This document shows, piece by piece, positions 17,655 to 27,505 of a stretch of DNA of 64,000 bases. The notes under the pieces are model-generated. The model did not search any database, was not told the DNA's origin, and was given only the letters and a program-made list of their open reading frames with translations. Source of the stretch: Parcubacteria group bacterium (lineage in GTDB: Bacteria; Patescibacteriota; Minisyncoccia; Phycocordibacterales; Phycocordibacteraceae). The stretch is taken from contig JAQBQV010000002.1 in the NCBI GenBank assembly GCA_028286825.1, positions 2,157 through 66,156 on the forward strand. The letters are read 5' to 3'. How positions within the stretch are numbered: the first letter of the stretch is position 1; each line of letters begins with the position of its first letter. Both the position numbers and the translations under genes were made by a program.

Positions 17655-18122
17655 ATGAACAACACACCACTCATTGTTGCCCTCGTCGCACTTGTTTTGG
17701 GAACGAGCTATGTAGTACTGCGCCCTGTCGCTCCGATAGAGACTCAGCCAACCATAGTAATTCCTGTCGCTACAAGCACGCCGTCCAAGCCTCTGCCACC
17801 GAAACCGGCACCAGAAAAAGGAGTCGTGAACGGCCAAGTACTACTAGGTCCTACGTGTCCGAATGAGAGAAACCCACCAGAGGCAAAGTGCGCGCCGCGA
17901 CCATACCAGACGACAATCGTTGTGCAATCGGTAGAATCTTCGAGAATCACAAGCGTAACAAGCGACGTTGCGGGTTATTTCAGTGTGTCGCTCGCGCCCG
18001 GGATGTATACGCTCGCGCCATCGGGTGGTTCAGTGTTCCCGAGGTGTTCAGAGACTAAGGTAGTGGTGGTGGGCGGGAAGACAGAGACAATGAATCTTCA
18101 TTGTGATTCTGGCATTCGCTAG
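17655..18122 (+). CDS. Exported protein with transthyretin-like/carboxypeptidase-regulatory-like domain
   Basis: GPTCP.E..C; SD..G.F...L.PG.Y. Confidence 0.65.
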   Translation: MNNTPLIVALVALVLGTSYVVLRPVAPIETQPTIVIPVATSTPSKPLPPKPAPEKGVVNGQVLLGPTCPNERNPPEAKCAPRPYQTTIVVQSVESSRITSVTSDVAGYFSVSLAPGMYTLAPSGGSVFPRCSETKVVVVGGKTETMNLHCDSGIR

Positions 18123-18161
18123 AACCACATTCGGTAATATCGATCGTGCTAGCATACCTTT

Positions 18162-19202
18162 ATGAATACTGATCAAACTACAGCTAGGCAGGGAAACATC
18201 TCGTGGATTACTATTGTCCTTGGGGTTATCACTATCGTTACCTTTTTTGCTGTCCCAGGATCGGCAGGACGTTACATTGTGCCCATGATGACCGGAGGAG
18301 GCATGTCTTTTGGGAGTAACGCTGGAGTTACGGGTAGTGCACCTAAAACGGGAATGGCGGTCACTGAAGTCCAAGATATGCGTTCGGGCGCGCCTTCGCC
18401 AACCTACTATCCAAACTATAATAACGAGGTGCCATCTACTGATACTCGAGAATTTCTCAAGACAAATTACAGTGCAATGATGCGTACTCGAGACGTCGTG
18501 GGGCTTACTCGTCGCGTTGAGACAACGGTGCGAGGACATGCGGGTCGTGTCGACCAAGAGTCGAGCGCCAAGGAGTATGGCTACGTCAGCTTCTCAATCC
18601 CGCAGAGTAAGTATGACGATTTCCGCACCGAGGTTGAGAGCATGGTAGGGAGCCGCTTCCTCACAGTAAATATCTCTTCGCAAAACCTGTTGCCGCAAAA
18701 GGTGAGTATCGAGGAACAGAAGGCGGACGCCGATAAGAGACTAGCGAATTTTAAGTCAACTCGAAAGAGTGCTGTGGGTGAACATACGTTTGCGGTGCAG
18801 TTGCTACAAACAAAAATTAACGCTGATCAGAAACAACTTGATTCTCTGCGCACACAACCGTCAACTCCTGAGATTGCTGTGCAGACGAGTGCTCTCTTAA
18901 ACGATCAATTTTCACTCAAGCAACAACTTGCGAACGAAAACAAGTCATATGCTGCTGAGTTAAGCCAAATGGATGTTGACATTGCTTTGATAGAAAATTG
19001 GCAGAAGACCATCCAGACCCAGGACCAGACACTTCTCGACAATGTGGCGACGGTGACAGGCACTATTTCGGTGCAATGGATCAGCCTTTGGGACATGCTT
19101 CTCCTCTACCTCCCGGGGTATTCAGTACCCGCCATCTTCGCGGTACTTACAGTCCTCTCCTTTTTACGCGATCGCCGTCGTACGACTACTAACGCTCTCT
19201 AG
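18162..19202 (+). CDS. DUF4349-like coiled-coil membrane protein
   Basis: N- and C-terminal TM, ferredoxin-like segment, long coiled coil. Confidence 0.65.
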   Translation: MNTDQTTARQGNISWITIVLGVITIVTFFAVPGSAGRYIVPMMTGGGMSFGSNAGVTGSAPKTGMAVTEVQDMRSGAPSPTYYPNYNNEVPSTDTREFLKTNYSAMMRTRDVVGLTRRVETTVRGHAGRVDQESSAKEYGYVSFSIPQSKYDDFRTEVESMVGSRFLTVNISSQNLLPQKVSIEEQKADADKRLANFKSTRKSAVGEHTFAVQLLQTKINADQKQLDSLRTQPSTPEIAVQTSALLNDQFSLKQQLANENKSYAAELSQMDVDIALIENWQKTIQTQDQTLLDNVATVTGTISVQWISLWDMLLLYLPGYSVPAIFAVLTVLSFLRDRRRTTTNAL

Positions 19203-19207
19203 ACAGT

Positions 19208-19243
19208 AAAGAAGAACGGCGCCAAAAGGCGCCGTTCTTCTTT
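19208..19243. terminator. Bidirectional terminator
   Basis: AAAGAAGAACGGCGCC-aaaa-GGCGCCGTTCTTCTTT. Confidence 0.85.
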
Positions 19244-19268
19244 TACGTACTCTCCCAATACTATGCGA

Positions 19269-19514
19269 CTATGCGTGGCTGTGTCTCTGCTGAGTCACTC
19301 GGTCGTAATCTTCTTTCGATACTTCTGTGGCGCTCCATAAACTAAGTACGAGGACAGCTATACCCATAATAGCAAGTGTCCACGAGACTCCTGATCCCAC
19401 TGTGCCGTCGGCCCCAACTACGTTTGTCCCCACAAATGCTGATATGGTAATCACGGCTCCCAGAAGCGCATTTATCCATTGTTTCCACATAGAGATGATC
19501 GAATTAGTGCTCAT
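19269..19514 (-). CDS. SPW-repeat-like small membrane protein
   Basis: WKQWINALLG..SAFV..W...MGIAVLVLSLW. Confidence 0.6.
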   Translation of the reverse strand: MSTNSIISMWKQWINALLGAVITISAFVGTNVVGADGTVGSGVSWTLAIMGIAVLVLSLWSATEVSKEDYDRVTQQRHSHA

Positions 19515-19655
19515 AATATTGACCACGGTCCACTCGATCTGGTACCGCTAGTAACAGTGTGCACTTGTACTAGTGTAGTGCTCGTGAACCCAGCAGTAAG
19601 GTTATAGAAATGTAACTTCATCAGAGACAACACCTTGTTTGGTATAGTTCTCAAT

Positions 19656-20222
19656 ATGAAAACAGCCATTATTCTCCACGGGATGCCGAGCGAGGAAGAG
19701 TACCGAACGCTCGATGGAGCTGAACCAGCTAAACAGCATTGGCTGCAGTGGCTAACCGAAGAGTTTGAAAACGCAGGTATCGAGACGCATGTCCCGACCT
19801 TTCCTGAGCCATACAAGCCTGACTATGCAAGGTGGAAAGACGTGTTTGAAAAAGTGCCCATCGCCGAAGATACCATTCTCGTGGGTCATTCTGCAGGCGC
19901 TGGTTTTATTGCGAGGTGGCTGAGCGAAAACAAAATACACGTAGGGAAGGTAGCGCTTGTCGCACCTTGGCTTGATCCCATGCCGCGAACGCTTAAAAAC
20001 GGTATGTTCGAATTCGAGCTCGACCCTGGAGTGCAGGATCGAGCTGAGTCAATCAGTATTTTCGTCTCAGCAGACGACGACAAAGACATTCACGATAGTG
20101 TTAGCTATTTGAAAACAGAGTGGCCGAAGGCCGCTATTGTTGAGTTTATGTCCAAAGGACATTTTACGCTAACAGATATGGGTACGCGCGAATTCCCCGA
20201 ACTGAGAAATGTATTTCTCTAG
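19656..20222 (+). CDS. RBBP9/YdeN alpha/beta hydrolase
   Basis: ILHG, HWLQWL, VGHSAG, DD, GHF. Confidence 0.88.
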   Translation: MKTAIILHGMPSEEEYRTLDGAEPAKQHWLQWLTEEFENAGIETHVPTFPEPYKPDYARWKDVFEKVPIAEDTILVGHSAGAGFIARWLSENKIHVGKVALVAPWLDPMPRTLKNGMFEFELDPGVQDRAESISIFVSADDDKDIHDSVSYLKTEWPKAAIVEFMSKGHFTLTDMGTREFPELRNVFL

Positions 20223-20319
20223 ATAATAAGCCATAAAGACATGGCACAATACACATTCTAAAGTACTTTGTACACAGGTTTCGTTTGTGTTTTCCCAGGT
20301 TATAGCCATAATTTAGCTC

Positions 20320-23300
20320 ATGGTTAAACATCCGAAGCATTATCCGCTTCTGCTAACGTTTTTGTTCGTCCCGCTCGCTTTTCTTTTTCTGCTTGTTCTG
20401 CTCAGGCTTCCTCAGCCTTCAGCAACATACGCAGCCGCGACAAAGTTTATTCCGACCTTTCTGGTTTATTACGGAGGAGGGCCAGCGCTTTCTGCCTCTG
20501 ATGCTTCGAAGCTCGCTAAATTTGATCTTATCGATATAGATCGCTATCGGTATAACCAGATCAATGGTAACACCTGGACGGCGATCAAATCACTCAATCC
20601 CGCAAGCCAGATCTACCTCTATGAGATTGGCCCTGAGACGACTAACTACGAGGACAGCTATGCGCCTGTTTCGCTCAATAATATCTCGCGTTTCGACGCT
20701 TCACGGAGTCATCCTATGGGAAGTCTTAATGGGTCACACCCAGAGCTCTTTCTTACCGATGGGGCAGGACGCCGCGTCTATAGCTCTGGCTTTTCAAACC
20801 CAGCTGCCAATCAGTATTCTTACCTCATGGATTTTGGTTCTTCAGCATATCAATCCTATTGGCTCACGGCCACAAAAAATGATGTTATCGACCAGCCATG
20901 GGCAGCTGACGGTATCTTTGCTGACAACTGTGTGACCTTCGCATCTGCCGGCGGTTATAACGCTGCGTCGTCAAAATACTCGACTGATGCTGTTTGGTCG
21001 ACGGCAATGAATGCGTTTTCAAGCGGAATCGCAGCTGGGTTACATGGGTACGGGCAAAAGTTGTGGTGTAACAAGGGCGACACGAAGTCCGCGGCTGGAA
21101 GTGCAGCGTGGCTCGCGCTTGATGCAAGCACGAATCATCCGGATGTACTCCTCGAAGAGGGAGCCTTTGCCGTCATGTGGGGTTCGGCAGTGCAGTTCTT
21201 TCCTGAAGCACTTTGGAAACAGCAGGTTGATACGATTGCTGCAACGAAGAATTCAAAAGTAGCATTGATGAGCCATACGCAGCTTTCGGAAGGGGGAAGC
21301 GGGATCGATAACTGGGGCAAGCCCGTAACCTATTGGCAAGCCCTGTGGTATTCGATGGGGTCTTTCTTGCTCGCCAAAAATGATGTACTTAACAATGCGT
21401 ACTTTATGTTCAATGGTGGAAGTGGATACGACAAAATATGGTACTACGATGAGTATGATGCCATTGATCTCGGGAAGGCACTTGGGTCATATGCGACATC
21501 AAGTGTCAGTGGCGTAACGATTTATTCGCGTGAATTTGAAAAGGGTTATGTCGTGGTGAATCCTACTGTTACTGACGTCGCGTCGTGGACAGTGCCACAG
21601 ACAAGCAAGCAGCTCACGCATGCTAATTTTCTTTCGCCGCTTAGCACAATCCCAAGTGTAACGAGCATCGCGCTACCTGGGCATACCAGCACACTTTTGA
21701 TGAAAACGACGCTAACACCACCAAGCGATACGGTGGCGCCCAGCGTACCCAGCGGACTCGTCGCCACGTCGGTACTGCCAACGCAAGTCACTCTTTCGTG
21801 GAATTCCTCAACTGATAATGTCGGTGTGATTGGGTACTATGTCTACCTTAATGACGCACCACTTGCGACGACTTCAACCACAACCATTAAACATATCGGC
21901 CTTACCCCTAATACAACCTATACCTATCGGGTGAGCGCGTATGACGCGGTCCCACTTCACTCTGACTGGACGCCTATTCCGCTCTCAATAACGACGCCCG
22001 CGATTATCGCTCCGCCTGACAGAATTCCTCCTTCTGCGCCAACCGGTCTTACGGCAACTGTAGTTTCTCCGACGCAGATCAATCTCTCGTGGAACGCGTC
22101 AACAGACAATGTCGGTGTCACATCATATCGAATCAATCGTGGTACGTCCGAACTCGCGACGGTGAGTCCATCTACGATGGTGTATCAAGACCTTGGGCTC
22201 ACACCAGTAACGACCTATGTGTATACCGTTCAAGCTCTCGATGCTGCGAACAATGTTTCATCACCCTCATCTTCGCTTACCGCCGTAACATTAGCCTTGC
22301 CTGACACCACGCCTCCTTCTGTACCAACTGGCCTTACAGGCGTAGCCGCTTCTTCAACGCAAATCACTCTTTCTTGGAACGCATCAACGGACAATGTCGG
22401 CGTGACCGGTTACTACGTATACCTCAATGACGTACCGCTCGCGACTACGACTATGAGGTCGTATTCCCATAAAGGCCTTACTCCTAACAAGACGTATGTG
22501 TACCGTGTGAGCGCGTATGACGCGGTCCCACTTCACTCTGACTGGACGCCTATTCCGCTCTCAATAACGACGCCCGCGATTATCGCTCCGCCTGACACAA
22601 CGCCTCCATCTGTGCCAACTGGTCTAATAGGCGTAGCAGCGTCTTCGACACAGGTCAATCTTTCTTGGAACGCGTCAACGGACAATGTCGGCGTGACCGG
22701 CTACAACGTTTATCTTAACGACGTTAAGCTTGTAACGACTGGGGGCACGTCATTTAGCCACAAGGGTCTTACACCGGGTACGTCATACAGTTATCGCATC
22801 AGCGCCTACGATGTTATGGGAAATACCTCAAGTTTGACAGCAACACCACTTACTATCAGTACGCCAAATCCCGTCCCGCTGGCTGCATTCAAGAGCGGAG
22901 ATAAGATACAGACCACTAGTAGTATTAAGGTTCGCGTTTCACCCTCGACATCGGCAAAAAGCGCAGGTACACAGCCTACTGTTGCGCTTGGCACTATTGT
23001 CGGTGGGCCTAGTACGCAAGATGGGTATACGTGGTGGTCAGTTAATTTCGACAGTGGAGCCGACGGGTGGGTGGTGGAGAATTATTTGGTAAAGCAAAAG
23101 TTTAAGCTAGGTGATCGACTACAGACCAATACCAGTGTGAGTGTGAAGACATCACCAGCAGGGAAAACCGCGTACGGTAATCAGGGAACGGGCATTCAGG
23201 GGACAATCATTGGCGGTCCCGTCTCACAAAGCTTGCATATTTGGTGGCAAGTCGATTTTGCTACCGCACCCGATGGTTGGGTCTCAGAGGAAGGGATTAC

Positions 23301-23469
23301 ACTACTTTCGCCGATAGCTATAACGAAACCTACCGTAGTGTCGGGTTCAACCAATCTCGCGGCAGTGGCAACAGCAACAGAAGGTTCAAACCTATTGGTA
23401 CAACTCTGGGCATTGCTGGTTGCACTAGGAAGCGCGTTGTGGTCACTCATCAGTGGTCTTTTCCGTTAA
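20320..23469 (+). CDS. Surface protein: putative glycoside-hydrolase-like TIM barrel + 4 FN3 + 2 SH3-like domains
   Basis: DGIFADN, REFEKG.VVVNP; four PS.PTGL..LSWNASTDNVGV repeats; two WW.V.F...DGWV modules. Confidence 0.8.
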   Translation: MVKHPKHYPLLLTFLFVPLAFLFLLVLLRLPQPSATYAAATKFIPTFLVYYGGGPALSASDASKLAKFDLIDIDRYRYNQINGNTWTAIKSLNPASQIYLYEIGPETTNYEDSYAPVSLNNISRFDASRSHPMGSLNGSHPELFLTDGAGRRVYSSGFSNPAANQYSYLMDFGSSAYQSYWLTATKNDVIDQPWAADGIFADNCVTFASAGGYNAASSKYSTDAVWSTAMNAFSSGIAAGLHGYGQKLWCNKGDTKSAAGSAAWLALDASTNHPDVLLEEGAFAVMWGSAVQFFPEALWKQQVDTIAATKNSKVALMSHTQLSEGGSGIDNWGKPVTYWQALWYSMGSFLLAKNDVLNNAYFMFNGGSGYDKIWYYDEYDAIDLGKALGSYATSSVSGVTIYSREFEKGYVVVNPTVTDVASWTVPQTSKQLTHANFLSPLSTIPSVTSIALPGHTSTLLMKTTLTPPSDTVAPSVPSGLVATSVLPTQVTLSWNSSTDNVGVIGYYVYLNDAPLATTSTTTIKHIGLTPNTTYTYRVSAYDAVPLHSDWTPIPLSITTPAIIAPPDRIPPSAPTGLTATVVSPTQINLSWNASTDNVGVTSYRINRGTSELATVSPSTMVYQDLGLTPVTTYVYTVQALDAANNVSSPSSSLTAVTLALPDTTPPSVPTGLTGVAASSTQITLSWNASTDNVGVTGYYVYLNDVPLATTTMRSYSHKGLTPNKTYVYRVSAYDAVPLHSDWTPIPLSITTPAIIAPPDTTPPSVPTGLIGVAASSTQVNLSWNASTDNVGVTGYNVYLNDVKLVTTGGTSFSHKGLTPGTSYSYRISAYDVMGNTSSLTATPLTISTPNPVPLAAFKSGDKIQTTSSIKVRVSPSTSAKSAGTQPTVALGTIVGGPSTQDGYTWWSVNFDSGADGWVVENYLVKQKFKLGDRLQTNTSVSVKTSPAGKTAYGNQGTGIQGTIIGGPVSQSLHIWWQVDFATAPDGWVSEEGITLLSPIAITKPTVVSGSTNLAAVATATEGSNLLVQLWALLVALGSALWSLISGLFR
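21931..22597 (+). repeat. Identical 91-bp direct repeat (21931-22021 and 22507-22597) in FN3 array
   Basis: GTGAGCGCGTATGACGCG...GCTCCGCCTGACA present twice without mismatch. Confidence 0.9.
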
Positions 23470-23595
23470 TATCTGCTTTCTGTCCAGTAATGGGTAGAGG
23501 GGCAGGTAACGTTGAGTAATATGACCCTTAGGAATAGTCCCTTTGAAAGGTGCTGGCGTAGATAAAAGCCCTGGGCAAGCATATATACTTCTTGT

Positions 23596-24189
23596 ATGAC
23601 CGACCTCGATACCCTGCTGCGATTCGTGGAGCTTCTTCAACAGTATCGCGCCGTTGAGAGAAGAGTCTTGGTTAAGAATAGTGACCGAAGTGAGAACGAT
23701 GCCGAGCATTCATACTCGCTCGCTATGCTCGCGTGGTATATCAACTCGAGCTATAAACTCGACCTTGATAGGGAGCAGCTCTTTATGGCCGCACTCGCTC
23801 ACGATCTCGTTGAAGTCTATGCCGGAGATACGTATTTGTACTCAACTGACAAAGCCCATGTCGATAGTAAACACGAGCGGGAAGCAATGGCAGCAAAGCG
23901 GCTAGAAGATGAGTTTCCAGAATTCCCTGAGCTCCACCATGCGATCAAACGGTATGAGAAAAGGGAAGACCCTGAGAGCATCTTTATCTATGCGCTCGAT
24001 AAGATTGATCCTGTGTTAGCCATTTATACCGATGGTGGACGTACGTGGAAAAAAGACAATGTCAGTCTCGATATGCTCGTCACAATGAAAGCGCCACGAG
24101 TCGCAGTCGATAAAACTATTTCGGTGATTTTCGAGCAGTTAGTAACACGCCTCAAGGCGGAGCACGGTGATCTTTTTAATCACCATTGA
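23596..24189 (+). CDS. HD-domain protein (YfbR/HDDC2-like)
   Basis: ENDAEHS; LAHDLVEVYAGD; LDKID. Confidence 0.88.
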   Translation: MTDLDTLLRFVELLQQYRAVERRVLVKNSDRSENDAEHSYSLAMLAWYINSSYKLDLDREQLFMAALAHDLVEVYAGDTYLYSTDKAHVDSKHEREAMAAKRLEDEFPEFPELHHAIKRYEKREDPESIFIYALDKIDPVLAIYTDGGRTWKKDNVSLDMLVTMKAPRVAVDKTISVIFEQLVTRLKAEHGDLFNHH

Positions 24190-24197
24190 ATCTTGCA

Positions 24198-24941
24198 CTA
24201 AGGATTCACGACGATAAGCCCGAGGTCAGCGAAGTTTTGAAGCAGCGCACTACCTAGCTCGACTTTGGTTTTGATGGTATAGCTACCTTGCATTAGGGGA
24301 ATCGTGGTAAAGGAGAAGGTTTTCTCTACATTTTGTTCCAGCGTTTGACCAGTAAAGATTTCATCATCGATAAAATTACCGCCGCGCCAGAGTGAAACAG
24401 TCACCGTTGCGTCAGTAATGGTAACGCCGGTGTTAATTAAGGTAGGAGCGATTGTCGCTGTCGAGCCGTTAGGAAGATTTATCTTCGGTCTATCGATACG
24501 TACTAGAGAGATTTGCCCTGCGCTACCGACGGTGAAGCTCCTGATGTGATCGTACCAATGTATAACTCCATTCCATCCGGGGTTAAATATGCCGACAGAC
24601 AAAAAGTACGTGCCAGCTGGCAAGTCTGCCGATGAGGTAATAGTACGGGTGACTGTTTTATGAGAGGGGATTGTTACTCTGTCAGCATAGGTCTGCCCTA
24701 CCTTGTGACCGCTACTGTCGTAAATCTCAAGATCAAGCAAGGCTTTGCCGCTCGGCGATGTGCTTTCGAACATTGCGGTAAAGGTAAGCGTTTCGCCTGG
24801 CTGTACTGAATCGGCTGTTTGCGAGCTTGAGACAAGCGACAGGTCTCCTGAACTGTGTTCTCTGTCTGCAAATGCACGTGGCACATGAGTAAGTCCAAAC
24901 AGAATTACCAGGAACAGCAGTGATGCAGCTGCATTTTTCAT
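24198..24941 (-). CDS. Secreted protein with two Ig-like beta-sandwich domains
   Basis: Signal peptide; LDLEIYDSSG.KVGQ..GTY..VGIFNPGW. Confidence 0.7.
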   Translation of the reverse strand: MKNAAASLLFLVILFGLTHVPRAFADREHSSGDLSLVSSSQTADSVQPGETLTFTAMFESTSPSGKALLDLEIYDSSGHKVGQTYADRVTIPSHKTVTRTITSSADLPAGTYFLSVGIFNPGWNGVIHWYDHIRSFTVGSAGQISLVRIDRPKINLPNGSTATIAPTLINTGVTITDATVTVSLWRGGNFIDDEIFTGQTLEQNVEKTFSFTTIPLMQGSYTIKTKVELGSALLQNFADLGLIVVNP

Positions 24942-25037
24942 AGAGCCTAAGTATGCGCCTCAATAGGTGAAGATGAAGTGACGCAGTTGATAGAGTTGTT
25001 CAGCAGAGTTTCACCCTGCCTCTGCTATTTATGAAAG

Positions 25038-26093
25038 ATGCGCATTGCTCAAATAGCCCCCATCGTCGAACGCGTCCCGCCAAAGCGCTACGGCGGCACC
25101 GAACGCGTTGTGTGGGCTCTCACCGAAGAGCTCGTGAAGCGTGGGCATGAAGTGACTCTATTTGCCTCAGGAGATTCAAAAACTTCTGCAAAGCTTGAGT
25201 CGGTCTATCCGCGCGCGCTTCGCGAAGCGAAGCTTAAAGATATGTACGGCTTTAACTACTACACGCTTCTTAATATGGGGCTCGCATATGAAAAACAGGA
25301 CGAGTTCGATATTATTCATGATCATTTGATGCCGCACTCGCTCCCGACCGCCAACTTGGCACGGACGCCCGTAGTCGCAACGGTGCATGGCCCGTTTACT
25401 GGCGATAACCGCAAACTCTTCCAGACGCTTCGTCATGCGGGCATTGTGACCATATCAAACGCTCAGGCGTATCCAGCTCCTAATATTAACCATCTCGGTA
25501 CGGTCTACAATGGACTGCCGCTTGATCACTATCCCTTTGGGGAAACGGCTGGGGACTATCTATTGTTTGTCGGGCGTATCTCAATGGAAAAAGGTCTGCA
25601 TCACGCGATTGATGTTGCTCAGCAACTGGATAAGCGGCTCATCATTGCGGCTAAACTTGAGAATGTAGACCGCCCGTACTTCAAAGAGTATGTAGAGCCG
25701 TGGCTCTCTGATCGTATCGAATGGATTGGTGAAGTTGATGAGGAAAAGCGCAATGAGCTTATGAGTAATGCGCTTTGCTTCTTACACCCCGTTACCTGGC
25801 GCGAGCCCTTCGGCCTCACTCTTATCGAAGCGATGGCCTGTGGCTGTCCCGTCATTGGTATGAACCGCGGTTCTATACCTGAGATCATTCAAAACGGCGT
25901 TACCGGGTACGTCGTTGAGGACGTCGAAGGTATGGTCTCAGCCATCGAGGGGATTAGTACTATCTCTCGTGCCGCCTGCAGAGAACACGCGCTCACAAAC
26001 TTTAATGCCTCAAAAATGGCTGATGGATATGAAGCGGTATACGCAAAAATGATCGAAAAGAAAAAAGAAGAAGGACTAAACTCATCTGGATAG
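25038..26093 (+). CDS. GT4 family glycosyltransferase
   Basis: YGGTERVV; GRISMEKG; EPFGLTLIEAMACGCPV. Confidence 0.92.
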   Translation: MRIAQIAPIVERVPPKRYGGTERVVWALTEELVKRGHEVTLFASGDSKTSAKLESVYPRALREAKLKDMYGFNYYTLLNMGLAYEKQDEFDIIHDHLMPHSLPTANLARTPVVATVHGPFTGDNRKLFQTLRHAGIVTISNAQAYPAPNINHLGTVYNGLPLDHYPFGETAGDYLLFVGRISMEKGLHHAIDVAQQLDKRLIIAAKLENVDRPYFKEYVEPWLSDRIEWIGEVDEEKRNELMSNALCFLHPVTWREPFGLTLIEAMACGCPVIGMNRGSIPEIIQNGVTGYVVEDVEGMVSAIEGISTISRAACREHALTNFNASKMADGYEAVYAKMIEKKKEEGLNSSG

Positions 26094-26173
26094 CCTATCG
26101 TCTGGTATTTTTGGCTCAAATCGGTCAGAAATTTGCGCCATGTCCGTCAAAGATGGTACAAAGACACTAGTAT

Positions 26174-27505
26174 ATGCAGAAAAAGTTTTTATGGGACATG
26201 GGCTGGAAGAAGTTACAGGAGCTTGAGACACCGGAAGGTATTTTGGCATCTGCTCGAAATGAAGTGTTCGGCTGTATCTTTGGACGCGACTCGCTCATTA
26301 GCTCGCTCGGCCTCATGATGCTCTATGAGAATACACAAAACAGTTATTTTTTGACGCTTACTGAGAAGATTTTGCGTACGCTCAGTCGCCTGCAGGGTAG
26401 CGAGCTCGAGATCGAGAGTGGGGAAGAGCCGGGAAAGATCATTCATGAGTTCAGGCCACAAAACCATAGTCATTTGACTCAGTCTCTCGAAGAGCCTTGG
26501 TTTGTATACCCCTCAGGTGAGATGCGTAGCTACGACAGCGTCGACTCAACGCCGCTATTTCTGATGGCTGCCCACGCCTATCTCGAGGTCGGTGGGAGTT
26601 CAGAATTTATCAAGAGCATTATGCCAAATATTCGTAAGGCGCTGTATTGGCTCTTGGACGCGGCCGACAATAACAGTGATGGCTTTGTTGATTATTGGAT
26701 CCATCCAAGACGGCAGTTTGGCGGGCTTCGCGTGCAAAACTGGATGGATAGTACCGAGTCGCTCTTTTTTGAAGAGGAACTTGCAGGCGAAGCGAAACCG
26801 ACATATCCAATTGCTCCGGTTGAGGTACAGGGATACACCTGGGTGGCCTATCGTTCATGGGGTGAGTACTTGAGTAGCGCAGCATCTGCGGCAGATCGAG
26901 CGCTTGGGGCACGTCTCCTCGCTCGAGCTGAGCGCTTGAAGCAGAAGTTTAATGAATCGTTTGTACTCAAGACATCCGCACAACAGCAGTTCAGTGGTAT
27001 CGCCTTTGCTCTTGATGGGGAAGGGCGACAGCTCATCTCCCCTCGCTCAAGTATGGGCCACCTCTTATGGGCGTCACGCCAGGGCGAGAGTATTTTACAT
27101 ACTGAATATATTGAACCGCTTCGCAAACGTCTTTTGGCGCGCGATCTCTTTGTGCCGCAAGCAGGTATTCGCACACTCTCCTCAGAGTCGCGCAATTACG
27201 ATCCGGTTTCGTACCACAATGGTTCGATTTGGCCTCACGACACGGCGATGCTTGCGCTTGGGCTAGAGAATTTTGGATATCACGAAGATGCCGCTCGCGT
27301 GCGCGAGGCACTTCTTATGGCGTACACTCATTTTGAGACACCGATCGAGCTCTTCGGGTACTCCCATGGATTCCGCGAATATAAGTCAGCGTGTCGCACT
27401 CAGGCGTGGTCGACTGTTGCGCTCCTGTCAGTACTCCACAAAGAAATGGGGTGGCGGTTACTCTTGCCGCAGTGGTTTATTGAAGCTGAATCGAGTCTAC
27501 GCTAA
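26174..27505 (+). CDS. Amylo-alpha-1,6-glucosidase (glycogen-debranching C-terminal-like)
   Basis: FGRDSL; EEPGKIIHE; DSTPLF; WMDS; YHNGSIWPHD; QAWS. Confidence 0.88.
   Translation: MQKKFLWDMGWKKLQELETPEGILASARNEVFGCIFGRDSLISSLGLMMLYENTQNSYFLTLTEKILRTLSRLQGSELEIESGEEPGKIIHEFRPQNHSHLTQSLEEPWFVYPSGEMRSYDSVDSTPLFLMAAHAYLEVGGSSEFIKSIMPNIRKALYWLLDAADNNSDGFVDYWIHPRRQFGGLRVQNWMDSTESLFFEEELAGEAKPTYPIAPVEVQGYTWVAYRSWGEYLSSAASAADRALGARLLARAERLKQKFNESFVLKTSAQQQFSGIAFALDGEGRQLISPRSSMGHLLWASRQGESILHTEYIEPLRKRLLARDLFVPQAGIRTLSSESRNYDPVSYHNGSIWPHDTAMLALGLENFGYHEDAARVREALLMAYTHFETPIELFGYSHGFREYKSACRTQAWSTVALLSVLHKEMGWRLLLPQWFIEAESSLR

Noticed and set aside
21931..22597. DGR template/variable repeat pair
   Set aside because: The copies are identical with no adenine-specific differences, both are in-frame FN3 coding, and there is no reverse transcriptase.
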